From assembly GCA_022826665.1 (NCBI GenBank), contig JAJDUK010000041.1, positions 18,738 through 82,737 on the forward strand: a DNA stretch of 64,000 nucleotides, in the 5' to 3' direction. The notes beneath the pieces are model-generated. The model saw nothing but the letters and a program-made list of their open reading frames with translations. It had not been told where the DNA came from and ran no database searches. Below are positions 1 through 9,132 of this stretch, piece by piece. Source of the stretch: Alphaproteobacteria bacterium. GTDB lineage: Bacteria > Pseudomonadota > Alphaproteobacteria > UBA828. The stretch's first letter is position 1; each line of letters starts with the position of its first letter. Position numbers and translations under genes: made by a program.

Positions 1-1
1 G

Positions 2-667
2 ATCTTCGGCGGGCTCTATATCGCCATCTGCACCGCGATCGGGCTCACGCTCGCGATCCTCCTCGACCAGAAGATTCGCGCCGAAGGCGTGCTGCGCCCC
101 CTCTATCTCTACCCCATGGCGCTCAGCTTCATCGTCACCGGCACCGCCTGGAAGTGGTTCCTCGACCCCGGCATCGGGCTCGAGCAGACCCTGCAAAGCT
201 GGGGCTGGGCCAGCTTTGAGTTCGACTGGATCAAGAACCGCCAGATGGCGATCTACACCATCGTGATCGCCGCGGTCTGGCAGACCTCGGGCTTCGTCAT
301 GGCCATTTTCCTGGCCGGACTGCGCGGGATCGACAACGAGATCATCAAGGCGGCGCAGATCGACGGCGCGTCGAACCTCCGGCTCTACGCGCGGATCATC
401 ATCCCGCAGCTCCGACCCGCCTTTCTCTCGGCCTTCGTCGTCCTCGCCCACATGGCGATCAAGTCCTACGACCTGGTGGTGGCGCTGACCGGCGGCGGCC
501 CCGGACGGGCGACGGAGATGCCGGCGACCTTCATGTATTCCTATACCTTCACCCGCAACCAGATGGGTATCGGCGCCGGCTCGGCGGTGATCATGCTGAT
601 GATGATCGCAGCTGTCATCGTGCCCTACCTCTATGCCGAGCTGCGGGAGCCCCGTCATGGCCGCTAA
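2..667 (+). CDS. gtsB: Carbohydrate ABC transporter permease (CUT1, GtsB-like glucose/mannose type), 5'-truncated by the window edge
   Basis: The frame is open from base 2 (IFGGLYIAICTAIGLTLAILLDQKIRAEGVLRPLYLYPMALS). It has an EAA loop (LAGLRGIDNEIIKAAQIDGA) and resembles Pseudomonas GtsB as recalled. Confidence 0.85.
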   Translation: MFGGLYIAICTAIGLTLAILLDQKIRAEGVLRPLYLYPMALSFIVTGTAWKWFLDPGIGLEQTLQSWGWASFEFDWIKNRQMAIYTIVIAAVWQTSGFVMAIFLAGLRGIDNEIIKAAQIDGASNLRLYARIIIPQLRPAFLSAFVVLAHMAIKSYDLVVALTGGGPGRATEMPATFMYSYTFTRNQMGIGAGSAVIMLMMIAAVIVPYLYAELREPRHGR

Positions 668-1538
668 CCCGATCGAGACCGCGGTCCGCACGGGGCGCCT
701 GACGCGGGCGCTGATCTACGCTGCGCTCTTGGTCTTCGCCGTCTACTACCTGCTGCCGCTCTTCGTCATGATGGTGAACTCGTTCAAGGAGCTTGACGAG
801 ATCCGCGGTGGCAACATGCTGGCCCTGCCCGAGCTCGTGACCCTTGCGCCTTGGATCAAGGCCTGGAACCAGGCCCAGATCGGTGTCCAGCCCACCGGGC
901 TAGCCCCCTACTTCCTGAACTCGATCAAGATGGTCGTGCCGGCGGTGGTCATCTCCACGCTGCTCGGGGCGCTCAACGGCTATGTCCTCACCAAGTGGCG
1001 CTTCAGGGGCGATACCCTCGTCTTCGCGCTGATGCTGTTCGCGTGCTTCATACCGTTCCAGATCGTGCTCATCCCGATGGCCCGCGTGCTAGGCTTCCTC
1101 GGCATCGCCGGCACCACCTGGGGCCTGGTGCTGGTGCACGTGGTCTATGGCCTGGGCTTCACCACGCTCTTCTTCCGCAATTACTACGCGGCGTTCCCGA
1201 CCGAGCTGGTGAAGGCCGCGCAGATCGACGGGGCCAGCTTCCTCCGCATCTTCTATCGCATTCTGTTGCCGAGCTCGGGCCCCATCATCGTGGTCACGGT
1301 GATCTGGCAGTTCACCAACATCTGGAACGATTTCCTGTTCGGCGCATCGTTCAGCGACTTCGATTCGCAGCCGATGACGGTGGCGCTCAATAACCTAGTG
1401 AGCTCGTCGACCGGCGTGAAGGAATACAACGTACACTTCGCCGGCGCGATCCTGGCGGCAATCCCCACGCTGCTGGTCTACATCGTCGCCGGCCGCTACT
1501 TCGTGCGCGGCCTCATGGCCGGCGCGGTCAAGGGATAG
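657..1538 (+). CDS. gtsC: Carbohydrate ABC transporter permease (GtsC-like)
   Basis: ATG at 657 overlaps the upstream gene. EAA loop ELVKAAQIDGAS; WQFTNIWNDFLFG; C-terminal RGLMAGAVKG. Confidence 0.88.
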   Translation: MAANPIETAVRTGRLTRALIYAALLVFAVYYLLPLFVMMVNSFKELDEIRGGNMLALPELVTLAPWIKAWNQAQIGVQPTGLAPYFLNSIKMVVPAVVISTLLGALNGYVLTKWRFRGDTLVFALMLFACFIPFQIVLIPMARVLGFLGIAGTTWGLVLVHVVYGLGFTTLFFRNYYAAFPTELVKAAQIDGASFLRIFYRILLPSSGPIIVVTVIWQFTNIWNDFLFGASFSDFDSQPMTVALNNLVSSSTGVKEYNVHFAGAILAAIPTLLVYIVAGRYFVRGLMAGAVKG

Positions 1539-1542
1539 GCGG

Positions 1543-2655
1543 ATGTCATTTCTGGTGGTCAACGATCTCGAGAAGCGCTTCGGCGCGGTCGAGGTGCTCA
1601 AGGGCATCGACATCAGCGTGCCGCGCGGCGGCTTCCTCGTTCTGGTCGGACCCTCGGGCTGCGGCAAGTCGACGCTGCTCAACACGATCGCGGGCCTGGA
1701 GACCGTGACCGCCGGTGAGATTCTGATCGACGGCGTGCGGGTGAACGAGCTTCACCCCTCGAAGCGCGACATCGCCATGGTGTTCCAGTCCTACGCGCTC
1801 TACCCCAACATGAACGTCGCGAAGAACATGTCGTTTGGCATGGAGATGCGGGGCGTGCCCAAGGCGGAGCGCCAGCAGGTCGTGGCCAGGGTAGCGGCCA
1901 TGCTGCAGATCGAGGACCTGCTTCATCGCAAGCCGAGCCAGTTATCCGGCGGCCAGCGCCAGCGCGTCGCCATGGGGCGCGCCCTGGTGCGCGACCCGAA
2001 GATCTTCCTGTTCGACGAGCCGCTCTCCAACCTGGATGCCAAGCTCCGCGTCGAGATGCGCACCGAGATTCAGAAGCTGCACCAGCGGCTGGGAACCACC
2101 GTCGTCTACGTGACCCACGACCAGATCGAGGCGATGACGCTGGCCACCGTGATCGCGGTGCTGAAGGACGGCGTGCTGCAGCAGGTCGGCTCGCCGGCCG
2201 AGATATACAACACGCCGGCCAACATCTTCGTGGCCGACTTCATGGGCTCGCCGTCCATGAATCTGGTGCCGGCGCGTCTCGACCGGGCCAACGGGGCGCT
2301 GGTCGTGAGCCTAAAGCGCGCCGACGGCTCGACCACGATGCTGCCTCTCCACGAGCCTTCTGCCGCAGCTGAGGCCTTCATCGGCCGCGAGGTGATCCTG
2401 GGTCTCCGGCCCGAGAGCATCGACGATGCCCCCGTCGCCGACGCCGACGGAGCCCAACGCCATCCGCTGGAAGCCCATGTGGAAGTCACGCAGCCCACGG
2501 GTGCCGATACGCTGGCGATGATCCGACTGGGCGGCCGCGAAGTGGTCGCCCGGCTTCGGGCCGAAACCGGCGCCCGCGCCGGGGAGCGCCGCAGGTTCAT
2601 GGTCGACATGTCCAAGGCGGTGCTGTTCGACCCGGAGACCGAGGAGAGACTCTGA
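1543..2655 (+). CDS. Sugar ABC transporter ATP-binding protein (MalK/MsmK/GtsD family)
   Basis: Walker A GPSGCGKS, signature LSGGQRQ, Walker B FLFDEP, H-loop YVTHDQ, C-terminal TOBE-like region. Confidence 0.95.
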   Translation: MSFLVVNDLEKRFGAVEVLKGIDISVPRGGFLVLVGPSGCGKSTLLNTIAGLETVTAGEILIDGVRVNELHPSKRDIAMVFQSYALYPNMNVAKNMSFGMEMRGVPKAERQQVVARVAAMLQIEDLLHRKPSQLSGGQRQRVAMGRALVRDPKIFLFDEPLSNLDAKLRVEMRTEIQKLHQRLGTTVVYVTHDQIEAMTLATVIAVLKDGVLQQVGSPAEIYNTPANIFVADFMGSPSMNLVPARLDRANGALVVSLKRADGSTTMLPLHEPSAAAEAFIGREVILGLRPESIDDAPVADADGAQRHPLEAHVEVTQPTGADTLAMIRLGGREVVARLRAETGARAGERRRFMVDMSKAVLFDPETEERL

Positions 2656-2659
2656 GCCG

Positions 2660-4162
2660 GTGTCCGAGGGTTTCGATGTCGTCATCATCGGGTCCGGCGT
2701 GGGCGGCGGCTGCATCGCACACGTCCTGGCGCCCACCGGCGCCCGCATCGTGATCCTCGAGCGCGGCTCGCGGCTGCCGCGCGAGGATCGCAACTGGGAC
2801 CCCGAGGCGGTCTACTCCGACGCCGTATACAAGTCGGACGAGCGCTGGGTCGACGGCAGCGGCCGCACCTTCCGGCCGGGGCAGTTCTACTACGTCGGCG
2901 GCCACACGAAGGTGTTCGGCGCCACCATGTTCCGCTTCCGGCGCGAGGATTTTGGGGCCACGGATCACCCCGGCGGGCTGTCGCCGGCCTGGCCCATCGA
3001 CTACGACACGCTCGAGCCCTACTACGCCCGCGCCGAGCGCCTCTTCGGCGTGCACGGCGAAGCGGGCGCCGACCCGACGGAGCCGCAGCGCTCGGGCCCT
3101 TATCCGCTTCCGCCGCTCCGCCACAATCCGGTGATCACCAAGGTGGCAGAACGATTGCGCGCTCAGGGCCTGCATCCGTTTTCGATGCCGTCTTCTGTGC
3201 AGGACCACGAGGGTGGCGCCTGCGTGCGCTGCAACACCTGCGACGGATTCCCATGTCGCCTCGGTGCCAAGGGCGACGCGGAGACCCGGCTGATCGACCC
3301 GGTGTTGCAGCATGAGAACGTGGCGCTGCGAACCGAGGCGCAGGTGGTCCGCCTGCGCGCGGACGCGGGCGGCCGGCGCGTCGTCGCAGCCGAGATGCGC
3401 GACGGCTCGGAGGTCCAGGGCGATCTTTTCGTGCTGGCGGCGGGCGCGGTCAACAGCGCCGCGATCCTGCTTCGCTCGGTGCACGCGAAGCACCCCAACG
3501 GCCTCGCCAACGCGTCCGGCATGGTCGGGCGCCACTACATGAATCACAACTGCACGGCGGTGATGGCCATCAGGCCGTTCCGCGCCAACCGGGAACCGTT
3601 CCAGAAGACGCTGACGCTCAACGACTTCTACCTCGGCGATGGAGAGGGCGGCCCGCCGCTCGGCAACGTGCAGCTTCTTGGCAAGATCATGGAGCCGATG
3701 CTGCGCAACGAAATTCGCCGCGTGCCGCGCTGGGCGCGGGCGTGGCTCGCAACCCACAGCGTCGACTGGTACGCCATGTCGGAAGACCTGCCGCATCCCG
3801 AGAGCCGGATGAGGCTGCGCGATGACGGCACCATTGTCCTCGACTGGCACCGGACCAACATGGCCGCGCACAAGACGCTGGTGGCCAGGGCGCGCCGGAT
3901 GCTGCGCGCAGCGGGCTTTCCCGTCGTGCTGAGCAAGGCGTTCTCCAAGGAGACGCCGTCGCACCAGTGCGGCACCGTGCTCTTCGGCCACGACCCGGCC
4001 GAGGCGCCGCTCGACCCCTTCTGCAAGGCGTTCGACCTGGACAATCTCTACGTCGTCGATGCCTCGTTCTTTCCCTCGTCGGCCGCCGTCAATCCCGCGC
4101 TCACCGTCGCCGCCCAAGCGCTGCGCGCCGGCGAGCACATCGCGTCGACCGGGCTGCACTAG
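2660..4162 (+). CDS. GMC-family FAD oxidoreductase with Cys-rich motif
   Basis: FAD motif IIGSGVGGG; YYVGGHTKVFGA; CVRCNTCDGFPC; C-terminal HQCGT and NPALT. Confidence 0.9.
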   Translation: MSEGFDVVIIGSGVGGGCIAHVLAPTGARIVILERGSRLPREDRNWDPEAVYSDAVYKSDERWVDGSGRTFRPGQFYYVGGHTKVFGATMFRFRREDFGATDHPGGLSPAWPIDYDTLEPYYARAERLFGVHGEAGADPTEPQRSGPYPLPPLRHNPVITKVAERLRAQGLHPFSMPSSVQDHEGGACVRCNTCDGFPCRLGAKGDAETRLIDPVLQHENVALRTEAQVVRLRADAGGRRVVAAEMRDGSEVQGDLFVLAAGAVNSAAILLRSVHAKHPNGLANASGMVGRHYMNHNCTAVMAIRPFRANREPFQKTLTLNDFYLGDGEGGPPLGNVQLLGKIMEPMLRNEIRRVPRWARAWLATHSVDWYAMSEDLPHPESRMRLRDDGTIVLDWHRTNMAAHKTLVARARRMLRAAGFPVVLSKAFSKETPSHQCGTVLFGHDPAEAPLDPFCKAFDLDNLYVVDASFFPSSAAVNPALTVAAQALRAGEHIASTGLH

Positions 4163-4171
4163 CGGGCTCCA

Positions 4172-4968
4172 GTGACCGATACTCCGATCGCCATGCTTGA
4201 AAGCCGCCCCGTCGCGCTCGTCACCGGCGGCCGGCGGGGCATCGGCGCTGCCATCGCCGTCGAGCTGGCGGCAACCGGCTGCAACGTGGCTTACACAGAC
4301 CTCCTGCCGGCAAAGGACGACGATCCGGTACGGGCTGGCATCGAGGCGACCGGAGGCCGAGCGCTCTACGTCGAAAGCGACCTCGCGGATCTCGACGCCC
4401 ACAGGCCTTTAGTCGAGAGCGTGGCCGACTGGGGTGGTGGGCTGGATGTTCTCGTCAACAACGCAGGCATCGTGTGGCCCCGGCGGGGAGACATGCTGGC
4501 GACGACGCCTGAGGCCTTCGACCGGGTCATCGGGGTCAACCTCCGCGGCACGTTCTTCCTCAGCCAGCGCGCCGCCGCTTGGATGGTGGCGCACCCGCGC
4601 GGCGACGGCTTCCGCCGTTCCATCGTCAGCATCGGCTCGGTCAGCGCCGAGATGGCGACGCCAGAGCGCAGCGAGTACTGCATCTCCAAGTCGGGGCTCG
4701 CCATGGTCACCAAGCTGCTCGCGCTGCGCCTCGCCGACGAAAGCGTCTCGGTTTTGAGATTCGACCCGGCATCATTCGCACCGACATGACCGCGACCGTC
4801 AGGGAGAAATACAGCCGTGCTTTGGCGGACGGACTGAGCCCCGTCCGCCGCTGGGGCGAGCCGGTGGATGTGGCGCGCGCGACCGCCGCCCTGGTGCGGG
4901 GCGACTTCGCCTTCGCCACCGGTTCCGTCGTCCACGTCGACGGCGGCCTCTCCATTCAGCGGCTCTAG
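4172..4968 (+). pseudogene. SDR oxidoreductase (3-ketoacyl-ACP reductase-like) split by a single-base frameshift; may be a sequencing error
   Basis: ORF 4172..4789 has TGGRRGIG, NNAG and YCISK. The C-terminal half (FEIRPGIIRTDMT...GSVVHVDGGLSIQRL) is in another frame. Adding one T to the T4 run at 4752-4755 restores a ~265 aa protein. Confidence 0.85.
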
Positions 4969-4971
4969 CTC

Positions 4972-6558
4972 GTGCGCGAATACGACTACGTCATCGTGGG
5001 CGCCGGACCGGCGGGATGCTGTCTCGCGGCGCGGCTCTCCGAGGACCCCGATGTCTCGGTCTTGCTGCTGGAAGCCGGCGGCAGGGACGGACACCCCTAC
5101 ATTCGCGTCCCCGCCGGTTTCGCCAAGCTCACCGGCAGGTCGCACGCCTGGGGTTACTCCACGGCGCCCCAGGGCGAGATCGACCGGCGCGCGATGTGGT
5201 ACCCGCAGGGCCGGGTGCTGGGCGGCGGCAGCCCGATCAACGCCATGATCTACGCGCGCGGCAACGCCAAGGACTACGACGCCTGGGCCGAGGCAGGCTG
5301 CCCTGGCTGGTCCTATGCCGACGTGCTGCCCTACTTCAAGCGGCCGGAGGACAACGAGCGCTTTCACAACGGCTATCACGACTCCGGCGGCCCCCTGGGT
5401 GTGAGCGATCCCGTCCGCCCCTTGCCGGTATCGGCGGCCTTCCTGCGCGCGGCGCAGCAGGCAGGACTGCCCTACAACCCAGACTTCAACGGCGCAGCGC
5501 AGGAAGGCTGCGGCTACTACCAGGTGACCAACCGCGATGCCCGGCGCTGCAGCGGTGTCGACGCCTTTCTTCGGCCAGCGATGGCGCGGCGAAATTTGAC
5601 GGTGAAGACCCGCACGATGGCGACCCGCGTGGCCATCGAGAACGGGCGGGCTGTCGGGGTAGATTTTGGCCGGCCCGGAAGGGCCGCGCACGTGCGGGCT
5701 GCGCGCGAGATTATCGTCAGCGCCGGCGCCATCGGCTCGCCCAAGCTGCTCATGCTGTCCGGCATCGGCCGCGCCGGCGATCTGCAAGCACTCGGCATCG
5801 ACGCGGTTCACGACCTGCCGGGCGTCGGTCAGAACCTGCAGGACCACTTCGACGTCTACGTGGTGAGCGAATGCCGCGGCGACTTCAGCTACGACAAGGT
5901 CAAGCAGCCCCACCGCACTCTCGGGGCGGTCCTGCAATACGTGCTGTTCCGGCAGGGTCCGCTCGCATCCACCCTGATCGACGCGGGCGGGTTCTGGTAC
6001 GCCGATCCCGACGCCAGGTCGCCCGACATCCAGATGCACTTTGTGCCGGGCTCAGGCCTAGAGCACGGGCTCGCCAAGCTGAGGAATGCCGGCGTCACGC
6101 TCAACTCTTGCTTCTCCCGACCGCGCTCGCGGGGCACGGTGACGCTCCGCGATGCCGACCCGGGCACGCCGCCCGTCATCGACCCCAACTACTGGGGCGA
6201 CCCTTACGATCGGGAGATCTCGCTGCGGGGATTCAAGCTCGCGCGCGAGATCATGGCGCAGGAGGCCTTCCGGCCCTTCATCCTGTGCGAGCGCTATCCC
6301 GGTCCCGATGTCCAGAGCGGCGCCGACATTGCCGCCTATGCCCGCAGGGTGGGCAAGACCGACTACCACCCGGTCGGCACCTGCAAGATGGGCCCCGACG
6401 ACTTGGCGGTGGTGGACCCGGCCTTGAGGGTGCGCGGTCTCGACGGCCTGCGTGTCATCGACTCATCCGTCATGCCGTTCCTGCCCAGCAGCAATACCAA
6501 TGCGCCGACGATCATGGTGGCCGAGAAAGGCGCCGACCATGTGCGCGGCCTGATCTAA
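4972..6558 (+). CDS. GMC oxidoreductase, choline dehydrogenase/alcohol oxidase-like
   Basis: DYVIVGAGPAG, PQGRVLGGGSPINAM, GQNLQDH, YHPVGTCKMG, NTNAPTIMVAEK. Confidence 0.93.
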   Translation: MREYDYVIVGAGPAGCCLAARLSEDPDVSVLLLEAGGRDGHPYIRVPAGFAKLTGRSHAWGYSTAPQGEIDRRAMWYPQGRVLGGGSPINAMIYARGNAKDYDAWAEAGCPGWSYADVLPYFKRPEDNERFHNGYHDSGGPLGVSDPVRPLPVSAAFLRAAQQAGLPYNPDFNGAAQEGCGYYQVTNRDARRCSGVDAFLRPAMARRNLTVKTRTMATRVAIENGRAVGVDFGRPGRAAHVRAAREIIVSAGAIGSPKLLMLSGIGRAGDLQALGIDAVHDLPGVGQNLQDHFDVYVVSECRGDFSYDKVKQPHRTLGAVLQYVLFRQGPLASTLIDAGGFWYADPDARSPDIQMHFVPGSGLEHGLAKLRNAGVTLNSCFSRPRSRGTVTLRDADPGTPPVIDPNYWGDPYDREISLRGFKLAREIMAQEAFRPFILCERYPGPDVQSGADIAAYARRVGKTDYHPVGTCKMGPDDLAVVDPALRVRGLDGLRVIDSSVMPFLPSSNTNAPTIMVAEKGADHVRGLI

Positions 6559-6574
6559 CGGCGAACGTGATCCG

Positions 6575-7747
6575 ATGACCGCTCTCGCGATCGCTCTGCC
6601 CGACGAGACCGGCCGCTTGGCCGCCTATGCGTTGAAGGGCAATCCGATCGAGATGCCGGCCGGCCCGCACCGGTTCAACCGCATGGCTTACGCGGCGGTG
6701 CACGTGGTCGCCGACCCGTTCGCTGCGCGGGAGCCCGGTCTCGGTCCCGCCATCGACTGGGAGGCGACGCTGGCCTTCCGCCGCCATATCCTGGACCTCG
6801 GGCTTGGTGTCGCGGAGGCGATGGACACGGCCCAGCGCGGCATGGGCCTCGATTGGCCCGCCGCGCGGCAGCTGATCGAGCGTACCCTTGCTGGGGTGGC
6901 CCCGGACGAACGGACGCGCATCGTCTCCGGCGTCGGTACGGACCACCTTGACCCGGCGGAGGCCCGTTCGCTCAACGATGTGGTCACCGCCTACCTCGAG
7001 CAGCTCGCCGCCGTGCAGAAAGCGGGCGGGCGGATCGTGCTCATGGCGAGCCGAGCGCTAGCCCGAATTGCGTCAAGCCCCGCCGACTACGAGGCTGTCT
7101 ACGCCCGCGTGTTGGCCGAGGCCGACGCGCCGGTGATCCTGCACTGGCTGGGCGAGATGTTCGACCCGGCGCTCGCGGGCTACTGGGGCGCAGCGGAGTT
7201 CCCGCCTGCGCTTGAGACCGCGCTGGCCGTGATCCATGCCAACGCCGCCAGGATCGACGGGATCAAGCTTTCCCTGCTGGACGACCGCAAGGAAATCGAG
7301 ATGCGCCGTCGCCTGCCCGATGGCGTCAGGATGTACACGGGCGACGACTTCAACTACCCGGCCCTGATCGAAGGCGACGACCAGGGGCACAGCGACGCGC
7401 TGCTGGGCATCTTCGATCCGATCGCACCGGCCGCCTCGGCGGCCCTCTCCGCGCTGGCGGAGAACGACCCGGCGACATACCACCGGTTGCTGGCGCCGAC
7501 CGCCCCGCTGTCGCGCCTGATCTTTCGGGCGCCGACCCAGCACTACAAGACGGGAGTCGTATTCCTGGCCTACCTCAACGGCTTCCAAGATCATTTCGTG
7601 ATGATCGGCGGCGCGCAGGCAATGCGGCCGCTACCCTACTTCATCGACCTGTTCCGCTTGGCCGATGCCGCCGGCCTGCTGCGCGACCCCGAACGCGCCG
7701 TCGCACGCATGCGTTGGTTCCTTCGCCTTTACAGGGTCGAGGCGTGA
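6575..7747 (+). CDS. DUF993 family protein (DHDPS/aldolase-like TIM barrel)
   Basis: Family-typical segments AYAAVHVVADP, GLGVAEAMDTAQRGMGLDW, ILHWLGEMFDPAL, GIKLSLLD, MYTGDDFNY, HYKTGVVFLAYLNG. Confidence 0.85.
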   Translation: MTALAIALPDETGRLAAYALKGNPIEMPAGPHRFNRMAYAAVHVVADPFAAREPGLGPAIDWEATLAFRRHILDLGLGVAEAMDTAQRGMGLDWPAARQLIERTLAGVAPDERTRIVSGVGTDHLDPAEARSLNDVVTAYLEQLAAVQKAGGRIVLMASRALARIASSPADYEAVYARVLAEADAPVILHWLGEMFDPALAGYWGAAEFPPALETALAVIHANAARIDGIKLSLLDDRKEIEMRRRLPDGVRMYTGDDFNYPALIEGDDQGHSDALLGIFDPIAPAASAALSALAENDPATYHRLLAPTAPLSRLIFRAPTQHYKTGVVFLAYLNGFQDHFVMIGGAQAMRPLPYFIDLFRLADAAGLLRDPERAVARMRWFLRLYRVEA

Positions 7748-7914
7748 GTCGGCGAGTCATTCCCTCGCGTCGAACGCCGCAGCAACCGGCCACTTCAGAC
7801 GTGGCCTCACCTGCAGCGCTCAACTAACATTCGCGCCTGACAACCCAGCGGGAACCGCCATACCCGCTTCGACATGACCGACGAGCAAACTTCGCAAGAG
7901 AGGGAGAGAAGACC

Positions 7915-9042
7915 ATGAGACTGCTCAAGATATGCGCCCTGGCCGTCGCCGGGCTGTTTTTCGCCGTGTCGGCGAGCGCCGACTACGAGGGCGTTCCCCG
8001 CACCTTCCTGTGGAACCCCGGCAGCGTCGACATCTACGACGCGGCCGAGCACAAGAAGGACGGCCCCTACGTCATCGGCTTCTCGAACGCGAGCCTGTCC
8101 AATCCCTGGCGCGTGGCCATGCTGCACGGCATCGAGGCCGCCGCCGAGCGCAACAAGGATAAGCTGGAGCGCTTCATCATCACCGATGCCAACGACAACC
8201 CCTCGAAGCAGGCCGCGGACATCCAGGACCTGCTCGCTCAGGGCGTCGACATCCTGCTCGTCAGCCCGGCAACTGCCGAGGCGCTCGATCCCGCGCTGCG
8301 CAGAGCAAACAAGAGCGGTGTCCCGATCGTCCTAGTCGACCGCGAGGTCACGTCGAAGGACAGCTACATCACCTTCGTCACCGCCTCCGACCAGGCGCTG
8401 GGGCGCATCTCCGCCCAGTGGCTGGCCGAGACGCTGAACTTCAAGGGCAAGGTCGTGATGCTGGGCGGTCTGGCCGGAGCGTCGCCGGCTGAGAACCGGA
8501 TCAAGGCGGCACACGAGGTCTTCAACCAGTATCCCGGCATCGAGGTGCTGGAGGTCCAGTACACCTCCTGGTCGCCAGCCAACGGCAAGACGATCATGTC
8601 GGCCCTGATTCAGAAGTACGGCCAGGACATCGCCGGCGTCTGGGCCGATTCCGGCCTGCAGGGCTCGGGCTCCATCGAGGCCTTCCTCGCCGCCGGCTAC
8701 GAGGCCGGCACGATTCCGCCGCACACCGGCGGAGACTTCAACGCGATGTACCAGCTGAGCGTGCAGAACCAGGTGCCGATGGTGGGCATCGACTACCCAC
8801 CGGCCATGGGCGCGGTGTCGTTCGAGCTGCTGTTCGATGTGCTGGCAGGCAAGGGCATTCCGCGCCGGATCGAGGTAAACCAGCAGATCGTCGTCTCCGA
8901 GGGCGCGGAGACCGCGTCGGTCCAGGCGGATGTCTACGTCAAGGACTACGCCCTGATGGACAAGCCGGGCTCGGTCATCATGTCAAGCGGCGTGGGCCCC
9001 GACTACGATCCGGAGACCTTCTCGGCCGACTATCCGAGGTAA
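7915..9042 (+). CDS. Sugar ABC transporter periplasmic binding protein (RbsB/PBP1 fold)
   Basis: N-terminal signal peptide (ends AVSASA); IGFSNASLSNPWR; KQAADIQDLLAQGVDILLVSP; strong RBS GAGGGAGAG. Confidence 0.9.
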   Translation: MRLLKICALAVAGLFFAVSASADYEGVPRTFLWNPGSVDIYDAAEHKKDGPYVIGFSNASLSNPWRVAMLHGIEAAAERNKDKLERFIITDANDNPSKQAADIQDLLAQGVDILLVSPATAEALDPALRRANKSGVPIVLVDREVTSKDSYITFVTASDQALGRISAQWLAETLNFKGKVVMLGGLAGASPAENRIKAAHEVFNQYPGIEVLEVQYTSWSPANGKTIMSALIQKYGQDIAGVWADSGLQGSGSIEAFLAAGYEAGTIPPHTGGDFNAMYQLSVQNQVPMVGIDYPPAMGAVSFELLFDVLAGKGIPRRIEVNQQIVVSEGAETASVQADVYVKDYALMDKPGSVIMSSGVGPDYDPETFSADYPR

Positions 9043-9060
9043 AGCGCCGACAAATGGTAG

Positions 9061-9090
9061 ACGGCCCCGCCGCACCCGCTGCGGGGCCGT
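9061..9090 (+). other. Stem-loop after the binding-protein gene (likely mRNA stabiliser/attenuator)
   Basis: ACGGCCCCGC-N10-GCGGGGCCGT, a perfect 10 bp stem with no U-tract, between the SBP and ATPase genes. Confidence 0.55.
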
Positions 9091-9132
9091 TCGCCACAGC
9101 GGCCGGATGGCGCCCCCCGGAGGAAAGGCGAC

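Noticed and set aside
2597-4402. 601 aa minus-strand ORF, and similar long shadow ORFs (e.g. 15397-17307, 18864-20579, 24718-26370, 35130-36647, 49255-51408)
   Set aside because: Antisense or alternate-frame shadows of well-supported genes; stop codons are rare at this GC content, and the products are Arg/Ala/Gly-rich with no motifs.
7812-7823. TGCAGCGCTCAA, a LacI-like operator upstream of the second ABC system
   Set aside because: Short imperfect palindrome, likely by chance in GC-rich DNA; no LacI gene in the window.
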